This document shows positions 9,408 to 17,372 of a stretch of DNA of 64,000 nucleotides, in pieces. Both the position numbers and the translations under genes were made by a program. Position 1 is the first letter of the stretch. Every line of letters begins with the position of its first letter. The stretch comes from Anaerolineales bacterium (lineage in GTDB: Bacteria; Chloroflexota; Anaerolineae; Anaerolineales; Villigracilaceae). The stretch spans positions 18,500-82,499 of the forward strand of contig DAOTVL010000005.1 of assembly GCA_034436515.1 (NCBI GenBank). Reading direction: 5' to 3'. Under the pieces are notes generated by a model. That model worked only from the letters and a program-made list of their open reading frames with translations. It did no database searches and was not told where the DNA came from.

Positions 9408-9437
9408 AAGGATAATCGAGAGAAGAAGGAATTGCAA
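9408..9437 (-). promoter_or_regulatory. Candidate promoter of tRNA-Sec
   Basis: On the minus strand: TTGCAA, 18 nt, TATCCT. The -10 ends 7 nt before the mature tRNA 5' end. Confidence 0.35.
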
Positions 9438-9448
9438 GGAGCGGGACT

Positions 9449-12058
9449 TTGGAGATTTTTCGGCGCTTTGCGGCAAGGTATAATTGCGCGAATTCCATCT
9501 TTGATTCTTACAGGCGATTTTATCCGTTGACAAATTTGACGTTTCGTTTTGAATCTTCGCGCCGCTTGTCGAAAGCGGCGGCAAAAAGTCTTTTGGGGGC
9601 GTTTCTTGCGTTTTTTTTTCTTCCCCTCTCCCGCGCCGCCGCCCACCCTGCGGACGTGTACGCCCACACGATTTATGTCAAGTTTTCCAGCGACCGCCTG
9701 AATATCGAATGGGAAATCAAACCCGGCGCGATGCTGACTTCGTACATCTGGTACGAAGCCGATTCGAATCAGGATGGGATTCTCAGCCAGCGGGAGATGG
9801 ACGACTGGGGACGCGACCGCGCCGCGCTGTTGACCGCTTCGCTCGACGACAAGCCTTTGCCCCTGCGGATAGACTCGGCGCGAATGCCTTCAGACTTGAA
9901 CAAGTTTCAGGCGGGCGAGGAGTTTATCAGGTTTACGCTTTCGGGGGATTTGCCAGCGGGCGAGGGACACCTTGTCCTGCGGAACATGTTCCAGACCAAG
10001 ACCTCGGTCAACTGGTTTTATCTTTCGGCGGCGGAAGGGGCGGGATTTTTATCTCCGAACCAGCAAAATCATTTCATCGAATTTGATTTCTTCACCGACC
10101 GCGACCTTGCTCCCGAACCCGACAAGCTGTTGACCGCCTGGGACAGCGGAGCGCCGTCGCTGCCAGCGGGACAGCAAAAGGACGTGGTGACTCAAACCGC
10201 CGAGCAAGTTGTCCCTGAGTTATCGCAGCGCGCGCCGCAGGAGATTCTGCTCGACCTCATGCGGACGGAAAACCTCTCGCTTTCGTTCTATGCCTTTGCG
10301 CTGGTCGTCTCGCTGGCGTTGGGCGCTTTGCACGCGCTGACCCCCGGTCACGGAAAAACCATCGTTGCGGCGTATCTTGTCGGCTCGAAAGGCGCGGCGC
10401 GGCACGCGATTGCCCTCGGCGGCATCGTCACGCTGACGCACACAGGCTCGGTCTTCGCGCTTGGGATTCTGACCCTGACCGCCTCGCGTTACTTTTTCAG
10501 CGGAAGCCTTTTGCCATACTTGGAGTTGCTTTCGGGCGCGTTGATTATCCTTCTTGGCGGAGGGTTGCTGCTTCCAAGATTGCAAGCGTGGCGCAAAAGC
10601 CGTTTGCCGATTCAAAATCCGCAGGAAATTAAAATCGAAGGCGGAAGAAAGCGGCTGGTTATTGACCAAGCCATTGCCGAAGACGCGCCGAGTCACAAAC
10701 ATGACGGCGCGCTTCCGCGCAAGCCGACGGTGGGGAATCCGCTGGCAGAATTGACCTGGCGCTCGCTCATCACCCTCGGCGTCAGCGGCGGACTTGTTCC
10801 CTGCCCCGACGCGATTGCCATTCTGCTGGTCGCCGTCGCCATCAATCGGATTCCGCTTGGGCTGGCGTTGATTGTCTCGTTCAGTCTGGGGCTGGCGGCT
10901 GTGTTGATTGTCATCGGCTGGCTGATGGTCAGCGGCGGAAGGCTCTTCGCGCGGATGAACTTCCTTAGCCGAGTCGCGCCGCTCATGCCTGTGGTCAGCG
11001 CGGGCGTGGTGATGATTTTGGGAGTCGTCCTGACTTATGGGGCGGCAGTCAAGGTTCAGGCTGGGAACAGCCCGCAGAAAACAGAATCCACTTTGAGCGG
11101 GGCAAGGGTTTTCTATCTCGCGGAAGATGAAAACAAGTACAAGCAAATCTTCGCGGCGGAGACCAGTCTCGGCGGTCCGCAAAAAATCACGAACGCCGAA
11201 AAAGGCGTGACCGACTTCGCCGTCTCGCCCGACGAGTCGCAAATCGTTTTCATCGAGCAGACCGAAGATTTGGATTACGCCCTGTGGCTGACCAGCGCGG
11301 ACGGGGCGAACCAGCGCAGGATGTTTATCTGCGACGACGCGAATTGCAGCCAGCCTGTGTGGTCGCCCGACGGGCTGCAAATCATCTTCGAGTACATGCC
11401 GCTCGACGCGGGAACTTCGTCGTTGTGGTGGCTCGACGCGACGACGGGCGCGGCGCAGCCGGTCTTTCAGGAGTCGCGGCTGCCGGGGACGAACCCGCGC
11501 TGGTCGCCGAACGGCGAGTGGCTGAGTTACGCTTCGACGGATGGAATCCATTTGACTAATTTGATGACGGGCGAAAGCCGCGTGATTCCCAACATGCTCG
11601 GCGCGGCGGCGCAGTGGTCGCCCGACGGCAAGACAATTTTGCTGCGCGACGTGATTATCAAAAACGGAATGTTCGTCACGCAGTTGTTTTTGTACGACCT
11701 CGAAACTGATTCGCCGACCAACCTTATCCCAGACGAGGGGTTTGAAAATATCCTCGCGGCGTGGTCGCCCGACGGGAAGCAGATTGCCGTCGTGCGGCGT
11801 GACCTGTCGATTCCGCGCGGCGACCAAATCTGGCTCATGAACGCCGACGGCTCGAACGCCCGCGCCATCACATCCGCGCCCGCCGTTCTTCATGGAAGTT
11901 TGAACTGGTCGCCCGATGGGAAATTCATTTTGTACGATTTGTATTTGCTGGATTCCTTCCCAATGGAATCTCAACTGGAGGCGGTAAACGTTACGACGGG
12001 GGAGACGACGAATTTGGGTGTCCTCGGCTACAACCCGAAGTGGGTGTGGACGGAATAA
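9449..12058 (+). CDS. Fusion protein: secreted EF-hand-containing N-domain + NicO/RcnA-type nickel/cobalt-family permease + C-terminal PD40 (TolB-like) beta-propeller
   Basis: Signal peptide is SLLGAFLAFFFLPLSRAAA. A canonical EF-hand loop DSNQDGILSQRE lies at nt 9761-9796. NicO-type motifs are HALTPGHGKT and GVSGGLVPCPDAI. Six (W/V)SPDG/SPNG/SPDE blades are present. The true start is probably a downstream in-frame TTG (9527, 9536 or 9566), because a TATAAT lies at 9479-9484 inside the maximal ORF. Confidence 0.8.
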   Translation: MEIFRRFAARYNCANSIFDSYRRFYPLTNLTFRFESSRRLSKAAAKSLLGAFLAFFFLPLSRAAAHPADVYAHTIYVKFSSDRLNIEWEIKPGAMLTSYIWYEADSNQDGILSQREMDDWGRDRAALLTASLDDKPLPLRIDSARMPSDLNKFQAGEEFIRFTLSGDLPAGEGHLVLRNMFQTKTSVNWFYLSAAEGAGFLSPNQQNHFIEFDFFTDRDLAPEPDKLLTAWDSGAPSLPAGQQKDVVTQTAEQVVPELSQRAPQEILLDLMRTENLSLSFYAFALVVSLALGALHALTPGHGKTIVAAYLVGSKGAARHAIALGGIVTLTHTGSVFALGILTLTASRYFFSGSLLPYLELLSGALIILLGGGLLLPRLQAWRKSRLPIQNPQEIKIEGGRKRLVIDQAIAEDAPSHKHDGALPRKPTVGNPLAELTWRSLITLGVSGGLVPCPDAIAILLVAVAINRIPLGLALIVSFSLGLAAVLIVIGWLMVSGGRLFARMNFLSRVAPLMPVVSAGVVMILGVVLTYGAAVKVQAGNSPQKTESTLSGARVFYLAEDENKYKQIFAAETSLGGPQKITNAEKGVTDFAVSPDESQIVFIEQTEDLDYALWLTSADGANQRRMFICDDANCSQPVWSPDGLQIIFEYMPLDAGTSSLWWLDATTGAAQPVFQESRLPGTNPRWSPNGEWLSYASTDGIHLTNLMTGESRVIPNMLGAAAQWSPDGKTILLRDVIIKNGMFVTQLFLYDLETDSPTNLIPDEGFENILAAWSPDGKQIAVVRRDLSIPRGDQIWLMNADGSNARAITSAPAVLHGSLNWSPDGKFILYDLYLLDSFPMESQLEAVNVTTGETTNLGVLGYNPKWVWTE

Positions 12059-12059
12059 A

Positions 12060-12152
12060 ATGTCATTGCGAGGAGGGCGCTTTCCCCGACGAAGCAATCC
12101 CTATGATTCGGAGACTGCTTCGGCAAAGAGCAAAAGCGCCTTGCAGCGACAT
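12060..12152. repeat. Compound palindromic element, copy 1 (3' of stop codon)
   Basis: Outer arms ATGTCATTGCGAGG / CCTTGCAGCGACAT. Middle arms GGCGCTTT / AAAGCGCC. Central hairpin GAAGCAATC-13 nt-GACTGCTTC. It begins 2 nt after TAA 12056-12058. The left half is homologous to the element at 36161-36245. Confidence 0.7.
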
Positions 12153-12163
12153 GCCTAAACGTC

Positions 12164-12192
12164 TTGACTTCCAGCGTTTTGTCTTTTATACT
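12164..12192 (+). promoter_or_regulatory. Sigma-70-type promoter of the zur-znu operon
   Basis: TTGACT (12164-12169), 17 nt, TATACT (12187-12192). Confidence 0.6.
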
Positions 12193-12194
12193 TA

Positions 12195-12213
12195 TTGATA
12201 ATGATTTTCATTT
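12195..12213 (+). promoter_or_regulatory. Fur/Zur-box-like operator
   Basis: TTGATAATGATTTTCATTT resembles the GATAATGATwATCATTATC Fur-family box. It sits directly after the -10 and before the regulator gene start. Confidence 0.55.
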
Positions 12214-12219
12214 ACAAGA

Positions 12220-12645
12220 GTGACGATGTCCGCTGAAACCTGGCTCAACCAGTTGCACGAGAACGGCTATCGCGTTACCAAGGCGCGCGGCGCGGTGGTG
12301 GAAACGGTGGTTCAATCCACCCGCGCCCTGACCCCCGTTGAGGTGTACGATTTGGCGCGGAAGAAATATCGCGCTTTGGGGCTGGTCACCGTGTACCGCA
12401 CGCTCGAAAAGCTGGAAGAATTGCGTCTCGTCCAACGCGTGCATCAGGCGGCGGGTTGTCAGGCGTTCATCTCGGCTTGTCAGGGACATCAGCATTTGCT
12501 GCTCTGCCAAAACTGCGGGCAGATTGTCTTCTTTGAGGGCGACGACATCGAACCGCTCATCAGGACCGTCGCCAAGAAGACGGGCTATGAAATCAAGGAA
12601 CACTGGCTGCAATTGTTTGGTCTGTGCGAGAATTGCCGCGCATAA
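12220..12645 (+). CDS. zur: Fur-family transcriptional regulator, probable zinc uptake regulator
   Basis: About 140 aa with a winged-helix N-domain. Cys pairs CQNCG...CENC are present. It lies directly upstream of the znuACB-like genes. GTG 12220 or ATG 12226 could be the start. Confidence 0.75.
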   Translation: MTMSAETWLNQLHENGYRVTKARGAVVETVVQSTRALTPVEVYDLARKKYRALGLVTVYRTLEKLEELRLVQRVHQAAGCQAFISACQGHQHLLLCQNCGQIVFFEGDDIEPLIRTVAKKTGYEIKEHWLQLFGLCENCRA

Positions 12646-12740
12646 TTTTTAACCCGCCAAATGTCAGGCTGAAAGCCCGACCTACCTCATTAATCCAATC
12701 CCTCATCGTTTCGGTGGGGGATAAAAAATAGGAGTTCATA

Positions 12741-13682
12741 ATGAAAAAGATTTTCAATTCCATTACTGTATTTGCAATTGCGGCGATTTTCCTCGCCGCT
12801 TGCGGGTCTGCCCCATTGAAGAGCGACGGCGCTTTGAACGTCCTCGCTTCCACCACCTTCCTTGCGGACATTGCCCAAAACGTGGCGGGCGACCGCGCCA
12901 AAGTTGAGTCCCTGCTGCCCATCGGCGCAGACCCGCATTCATATCAAGCCGCGCCATCGGATGTGGCGAAGATTTCAGAAAGCAACCTGCTGATTCTCAA
13001 CGGCGTGGAGTACGAACACTTCATCGAGACGCTGCTTGAGAACGCGGGCGGCAAGCGGGTGATTGTCGAGGCGGCGACGGGGCTTACCCCGCATCGCATG
13101 GAAGAACACGATGGCGAGGAACATGCCGAAGGCGAGGAAGGTCACGACCACGAAGCGGGCGACCCGCACATGTGGCTTGACCCAAATCTAGTCGTCACCT
13201 ATGTGGAGAATATCCGCGATGGATTCATCCAAGCCGACCCCGATGGCGCGGAAACCTACAAAGCCAACGCCGAGGCCTACATCGCCCAACTCAAAGACCT
13301 GGATAAATGGATTGTCGAGCAGGTGAACGCCGTCCCTGCGGAACGCCGTCTGCTGGTGACCAATCACGAGGCGATGGGTTATTTCGCCGAACGCTACGGT
13401 TTCGAGGTGGCTGGGGCTGTCATCCCAAGTTTCAGCAGCAATGCCTCGCCGTCCGCGCAGGAAATGGCGGCGTTGGCGGATGAAATCAAAAAGCTTGGCG
13501 CGCCCGCCATCTTTCTCGACACAGCGGATAATGACGTTCTTGCCAGGCAAATCGCCGACGAAACAGGTGTTATGATTGTCTCAGACCTGCATTTGGAATC
13601 CCTGACCGACGGCGCGCCCGCGCCGACTTACATCGACATGATGAAAGATAACGTTTCAAAGATTGTGGAAGCCCTCAAATAA
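12741..13682 (+). CDS. znuA: Metal (Zn/Mn family) ABC transporter substrate-binding lipoprotein
   Basis: RBS is taggag. Lipobox is LAACGS. TroA/ZnuA-like fold motifs are present. An acidic His-rich loop HRMEEHDGEEHAEGEEGHDHEAGDPH is typical of zinc-specific ZnuA proteins. Confidence 0.8.
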   Translation: MKKIFNSITVFAIAAIFLAACGSAPLKSDGALNVLASTTFLADIAQNVAGDRAKVESLLPIGADPHSYQAAPSDVAKISESNLLILNGVEYEHFIETLLENAGGKRVIVEAATGLTPHRMEEHDGEEHAEGEEGHDHEAGDPHMWLDPNLVVTYVENIRDGFIQADPDGAETYKANAEAYIAQLKDLDKWIVEQVNAVPAERRLLVTNHEAMGYFAERYGFEVAGAVIPSFSSNASPSAQEMAALADEIKKLGAPAIFLDTADNDVLARQIADETGVMIVSDLHLESLTDGAPAPTYIDMMKDNVSKIVEALK

Positions 13683-14501
13683 ATGTATCCTCACGTCAAT
13701 CACCAAACCGACAAACCCATTCTCGCTGTGCGCGACGTGTCCGTTCGTTATAACGGGCGCGTCGCGCTTGATAACGTCGCCTTTCACCTGCATGTCGGAG
13801 AGCGCGTTGCGGTGGTGGGACCGAACGGAGCAGGGAAAAGCACTCTCTTCAAAGTCGTTTCTGGCGTGCTGCAACCCAACAGCGGAGAGGTGACCATTTC
13901 TGGTTCAAAACCCACATCCCACAGCTGCATTGCCTACATCCCCCAGCGCAGTCAGGTGGATTGGAAGTTCCCTGTCAGCGTGGCGGATGTGGTGATGATG
14001 GGGCGTTCCGCCAAGCTGGGACCATTTAATTTCCCCAAAAAGCGGGATTGGGATTTCGTCAATCGCGCGCTCGAAACCGTCCAGATTGGAGACCTCTCCA
14101 GGCGGCAAATCGGTCAATTGTCGGGAGGGCAGCAGCAGCGGATGTTTATCGCGCGCGCGTTGGCGCAGGAAGCGGAACTCATGTTGATGGATGAGCCGCT
14201 CACGGGTCTCGACACGCCCGCCCAGGAAGGCTTGCTCAATTTGCTGGACACCTTGCGCGAGCAGAAAGTCACCGTGATGGTGGCGACTCACGACCTAGAA
14301 CAAGCCGCGCGGCATTTTGACCGTCTCATGTTGTTGAATAAAAAGATTGTGGCGTTTGGCAATGCGGAAACTGTGTTGCGCGCTGATAACTTATTGTCCG
14401 CCTACGGCGGACGTTTCCGTGCGGTTGAAGGAAAAGGCAACCTATTGACCGTTGACGACTCATGCTGCGACGAGGGAGAACACGACCATGTTCACAATTG
14501 A
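13683..14501 (+). CDS. znuC: Metal ABC transporter ATP-binding protein
   Basis: Walker A GPNGAGKST, signature LSGGQQQR, Walker B LMLMDEP. The ATG immediately follows the znuA stop. Confidence 0.85.
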   Translation: MYPHVNHQTDKPILAVRDVSVRYNGRVALDNVAFHLHVGERVAVVGPNGAGKSTLFKVVSGVLQPNSGEVTISGSKPTSHSCIAYIPQRSQVDWKFPVSVADVVMMGRSAKLGPFNFPKKRDWDFVNRALETVQIGDLSRRQIGQLSGGQQQRMFIARALAQEAELMLMDEPLTGLDTPAQEGLLNLLDTLREQKVTVMVATHDLEQAARHFDRLMLLNKKIVAFGNAETVLRADNLLSAYGGRFRAVEGKGNLLTVDDSCCDEGEHDHVHN

Positions 14502-14521
14502 CGATTTGCGATTTACGATTG
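14502..14521. repeat. 5' inverted arm of the four-helix-bundle cassette
   Basis: CGATTTG-CGATTTA-CGATTG heptamer units. 18/20 complementary to 14892-14911. Confidence 0.7.
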
Positions 14522-14539
14522 ACGTTTAAGGAGAGCGGC

Positions 14540-14914
14540 ATGGACGAAAAAACTTTCAAGGCTCGCACGAAAAAATTGGCTGTCGCCATCATCAAGCAAG
14601 TTGAAAAAATGCCCCGCTCTCTGGCGGCGGATGTGATTGGGAAGCAGGTAATTCGTTCGGGCGCTTCCATTGGTGCAAACTATCGTGCCGCGTGCCGCGC
14701 AAAATCCACGCCCGACATGATCAACAAAATGAAAATCGTCGAAGAAGAAAGCGACGAAACCCAATACTGGCTTGAACTTTTAGTCGAAGCAGGACTCGCT
14801 CCCAAAGACCAAGTTGCCAGCATCTACAAGGAAACGGATGAAATCCTCGCCATGACCGTCGCTTCCATAAAAACTCTTCGCAATCGCAAGCCAATCGTAA
14901 ATCCAAAATCGTAA
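14540..14914 (+). CDS. Four-helix-bundle protein (23S rRNA intervening-sequence protein / Avd-like family)
   Basis: RBS is aaggagag. Family-typical motifs are RSGASIGANYRAACRAKS and EESDETQYWLELL. The gene is visibly more AT-rich than the flanking znu genes. Confidence 0.85.
   Translation: MDEKTFKARTKKLAVAIIKQVEKMPRSLAADVIGKQVIRSGASIGANYRAACRAKSTPDMINKMKIVEEESDETQYWLELLVEAGLAPKDQVASIYKETDEILAMTVASIKTLRNRKPIVNPKS
14892..14911. repeat. 3' inverted arm of the four-helix-bundle cassette
   Basis: caatcgtaaatccaaaatcg. The reverse complement of the 5' arm is caatcgtaaatcgcaaatcg. Further AATCG(T/C)AAA units extend to 14929. Confidence 0.7.
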
Positions 14915-14948
14915 ATCTGAAATCGCAAACCCAAGATTTGGAAGTCAA

Positions 14949-15776
14949 ATGCTTTTTCTTTTAGAACCTCTCAAATATGAGTTCATGCAGCGCGGCATGA
15001 TTGCCGCCGTGTTGGTCGGAATCGTCTGCGCCGTGGTCGGGACTTATGTTGTCTTGCGCGGCATGGCGTTCTTTGGCGACGCGCTTGCCCATACCATTTT
15101 GCCTGGAATTGCCATCGGTTACCTCGTCTCAGGCGACGCGCGGGATACGTTGTTCTGGTGGGCACTGGGGACAGCCGTCGTTGCGGCGTGGGGCATCGGC
15201 GCAATCAGCAAGCAGGCGGAGATAAAAGAAGATACGGCAATCGGCGTTATCTTCGCGGGGATGTTCGCGCTTGGCATTGCGCTGATTTCCACCGTCCGCA
15301 GTTACGCCGTGGATTTGAGCCATTTTCTCTTCGGCGACGTGCTGGGCGTGTCGGCGCAAAGTTTGTGGATTATCTTCGTCTTTTCGGCGATTGTCCTGTT
15401 GACGATTGCCGCTTTTTACAAGGAATTCATGACTCTTTCGTTTGACCCTGTCCTTGCGGCGACTCTTCGTCTGCCCATCAACCTGCTCAATAACCTTTTG
15501 CTGGGACTCATCGCCGTGACGGTCGCCGTCTCGCTGCAAACCGTCGGCGTGGCGTTGATGGTCGCGATGCTGGTCACGCCCGCCGCGACGGCTTACCTGC
15601 TCACGAATCGTTTGTGGATTATGATGGCGCTTGCCGTGGTTCTGGCTTCACTGGCGGGCGTCGTCGGCTTGTATCTTTCGTATTACCTGAGCGTTGCCTC
15701 GGGCGCGGCGATAGTGCTAACGGCTACCGCGTTTTTCCTTTTGGCGTTCTTGTGGAAGCGGATGAAATCTTTATAA
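14949..15776 (+). CDS. znuB: Metal ABC transporter permease
   Basis: ABC-3 family pattern (FMQRGMIAAVLVGIVCAVVGTYVVLRGMAFFGDALAH), about 8 TM helices. Confidence 0.85.
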   Translation: MLFLLEPLKYEFMQRGMIAAVLVGIVCAVVGTYVVLRGMAFFGDALAHTILPGIAIGYLVSGDARDTLFWWALGTAVVAAWGIGAISKQAEIKEDTAIGVIFAGMFALGIALISTVRSYAVDLSHFLFGDVLGVSAQSLWIIFVFSAIVLLTIAAFYKEFMTLSFDPVLAATLRLPINLLNNLLLGLIAVTVAVSLQTVGVALMVAMLVTPAATAYLLTNRLWIMMALAVVLASLAGVVGLYLSYYLSVASGAAIVLTATAFFLLAFLWKRMKSL

Positions 15777-15847
15777 CGACGACAAGGATTTTTTAATTCG
15801 TTCAACCCGTGAAGTCTGTGGGTTATCGGCAATAATATCTGTTCTCC

Positions 15848-15881
15848 CTCCCGTCAAGCCCTGTCTGGCGGGAGTTTTTTT
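15848..15881 (+). terminator. Intrinsic terminator of the znu operon
   Basis: Stem CTCCCGTC/GGCGGGAG (one G-U pair), 11-nt loop, then TTTTTTT. Confidence 0.7.
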
Positions 15882-15896
15882 GCTAAAATACAGCCC

Positions 15897-17372
15897 ATGC
15901 GAAATAAAACCATCCATGCCCTTCTTTTGTTGACATTCATTCTGTCAGCATGTTCATCCCTTGCTCCCGCGCCGACGGCGACTCCGACCGCTTCGTTAAT
16001 TCCAACCGCAACTATCACGCCGCCGCCGACCAGCGCCCCGCCGCCAACCGCAACCCCCGCGCCCGCCCTCGAACGCGCCAAGTACACGCTCGACACAACT
16101 ATTGACTATGACGCGCATACGGTCGCGGTCAGCGAAAAGATTCTGTATCCCAACCTGACAGGCAAACAACTCAACACGCTGGCGCTTGCCGTTGTCCCCA
16201 ACCTGTGGAGCGGAAGTTTCGCCATGACAGGGCTGGCGCTCAACGGCGCGCCCATTACGACCTATACCCTTAACGGTCAGCGGCTGGACATTGCCCTGCC
16301 TGACTTCTTCAAACCCAACGAGGTCATGACGATTGACGTTCAATTTAATCTTATCCTGCCCTTTGCCGAGCAGGAAGACCCCAGCGTCTCGCGTCCGCGC
16401 ATTTATGGCTACACCAAACGCCAGTTGAACTTGACCAACTGGTATCCCTTTGTCGTGCCGCACGTCAACGGAGAATGGGTTTTGCACGAACCGTGGTATT
16501 ACGGCGAACATCTGGTTTACGACGCCGCCGACTACGAAGTGAACGTCAAATTTACCGACCCCGCCGCCGCGCCCGTTGTCGCCGCCAGCGGAGCGCCCGA
16601 ACAGCAGGACGGCTTTACCCGTTATGTCGTCAACTCCGCGCGGACTTTCGCTCTCTCCGCCAGCCGCGAGTTTCAGGTTTCCAGCGTGCAGGTGGGGGAT
16701 GTGACCGTCTCCAGCTATTATTTCCCCTTCTTTGAGTGGGGCGGACAGGCAGCGCTTCAAGCCAGCGCCGAAGCCTTAAGCGTATACAGCACCCGCTATG
16801 GAGCGTATCCGCATAAAACGCTTTCGCTGGTAATGGGCGACTTCAACGACGGCATGGAGTACTCCGCATTTTTCTACCTCAGCCGCGATTTTTACAGTCT
16901 CTACGACGGCACGCCCGCCAATTACCTGACTTTTGTCGCCGTGCATGAAACTTCGCATCAGTGGTGGTTTGAGCAGGTCGCCAACGACCAGGCGCAGCAG
17001 CCCTGGCTGGATGAAGCCCTTGCGACCTACTCCGAGCGGGTCTATTACGAGAATGTCCATCCCGACCTTATCAACTGGTGGTGGTCGTACCGCATTGACT
17101 TTTACAACCCGCAGGGCTTTGTAGACATCCCCATCTACGATGGACAGGGTTTCCGCCCTTACACCAACGCCGCCTATTTTCAGGGAGCGCACTTCCTCGA
17201 CGAACTCCGCGCCCGCATCGGCGACGAAGCCTTCTTCGCTTTCATTCAAGACTATCTGGCGCAGGGGCGCGGCAAAATTGTCGGCGCCAGCGACTTCTTC
17301 CGTATTCTCGCCGCGCATACCAGCGCAGACTATTCCGACATCGTCCGCCAATATTTCCGAAACGTCTATTAA
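15897..17372 (+). CDS. M1-family (gluzincin aminopeptidase N-like) zinc metallopeptidase lipoprotein
   Basis: Lipobox is LSACSS, followed by a Pro/Thr linker. HETSH-x18-E (WLDEALATY) is the HExxH-18-E zinc site. Confidence 0.75.
   Translation: MRNKTIHALLLLTFILSACSSLAPAPTATPTASLIPTATITPPPTSAPPPTATPAPALERAKYTLDTTIDYDAHTVAVSEKILYPNLTGKQLNTLALAVVPNLWSGSFAMTGLALNGAPITTYTLNGQRLDIALPDFFKPNEVMTIDVQFNLILPFAEQEDPSVSRPRIYGYTKRQLNLTNWYPFVVPHVNGEWVLHEPWYYGEHLVYDAADYEVNVKFTDPAAAPVVAASGAPEQQDGFTRYVVNSARTFALSASREFQVSSVQVGDVTVSSYYFPFFEWGGQAALQASAEALSVYSTRYGAYPHKTLSLVMGDFNDGMEYSAFFYLSRDFYSLYDGTPANYLTFVAVHETSHQWWFEQVANDQAQQPWLDEALATYSERVYYENVHPDLINWWWSYRIDFYNPQGFVDIPIYDGQGFRPYTNAAYFQGAHFLDELRARIGDEAFFAFIQDYLAQGRGKIVGASDFFRILAAHTSADYSDIVRQYFRNVY

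Noticed and set aside
10220-12097. 625-aa minus-strand ORF antisense to the metal-permease/PD40 gene
   Set aside because: It is extremely Arg/Gln/Pro-rich, low-complexity translation, which is typical of the antisense frame of a high-GC gene. No domain motifs are visible. The plus-strand gene has clear NicO and WSPDG motifs.
14540-14914. Four-helix-bundle gene as the Avd component of a diversity-generating retroelement
   Set aside because: There is no reverse transcriptase gene, no template/variable repeat pair and no target gene with a C-type-lectin-like end within the window. The local architecture fits an IVS-like cassette instead.
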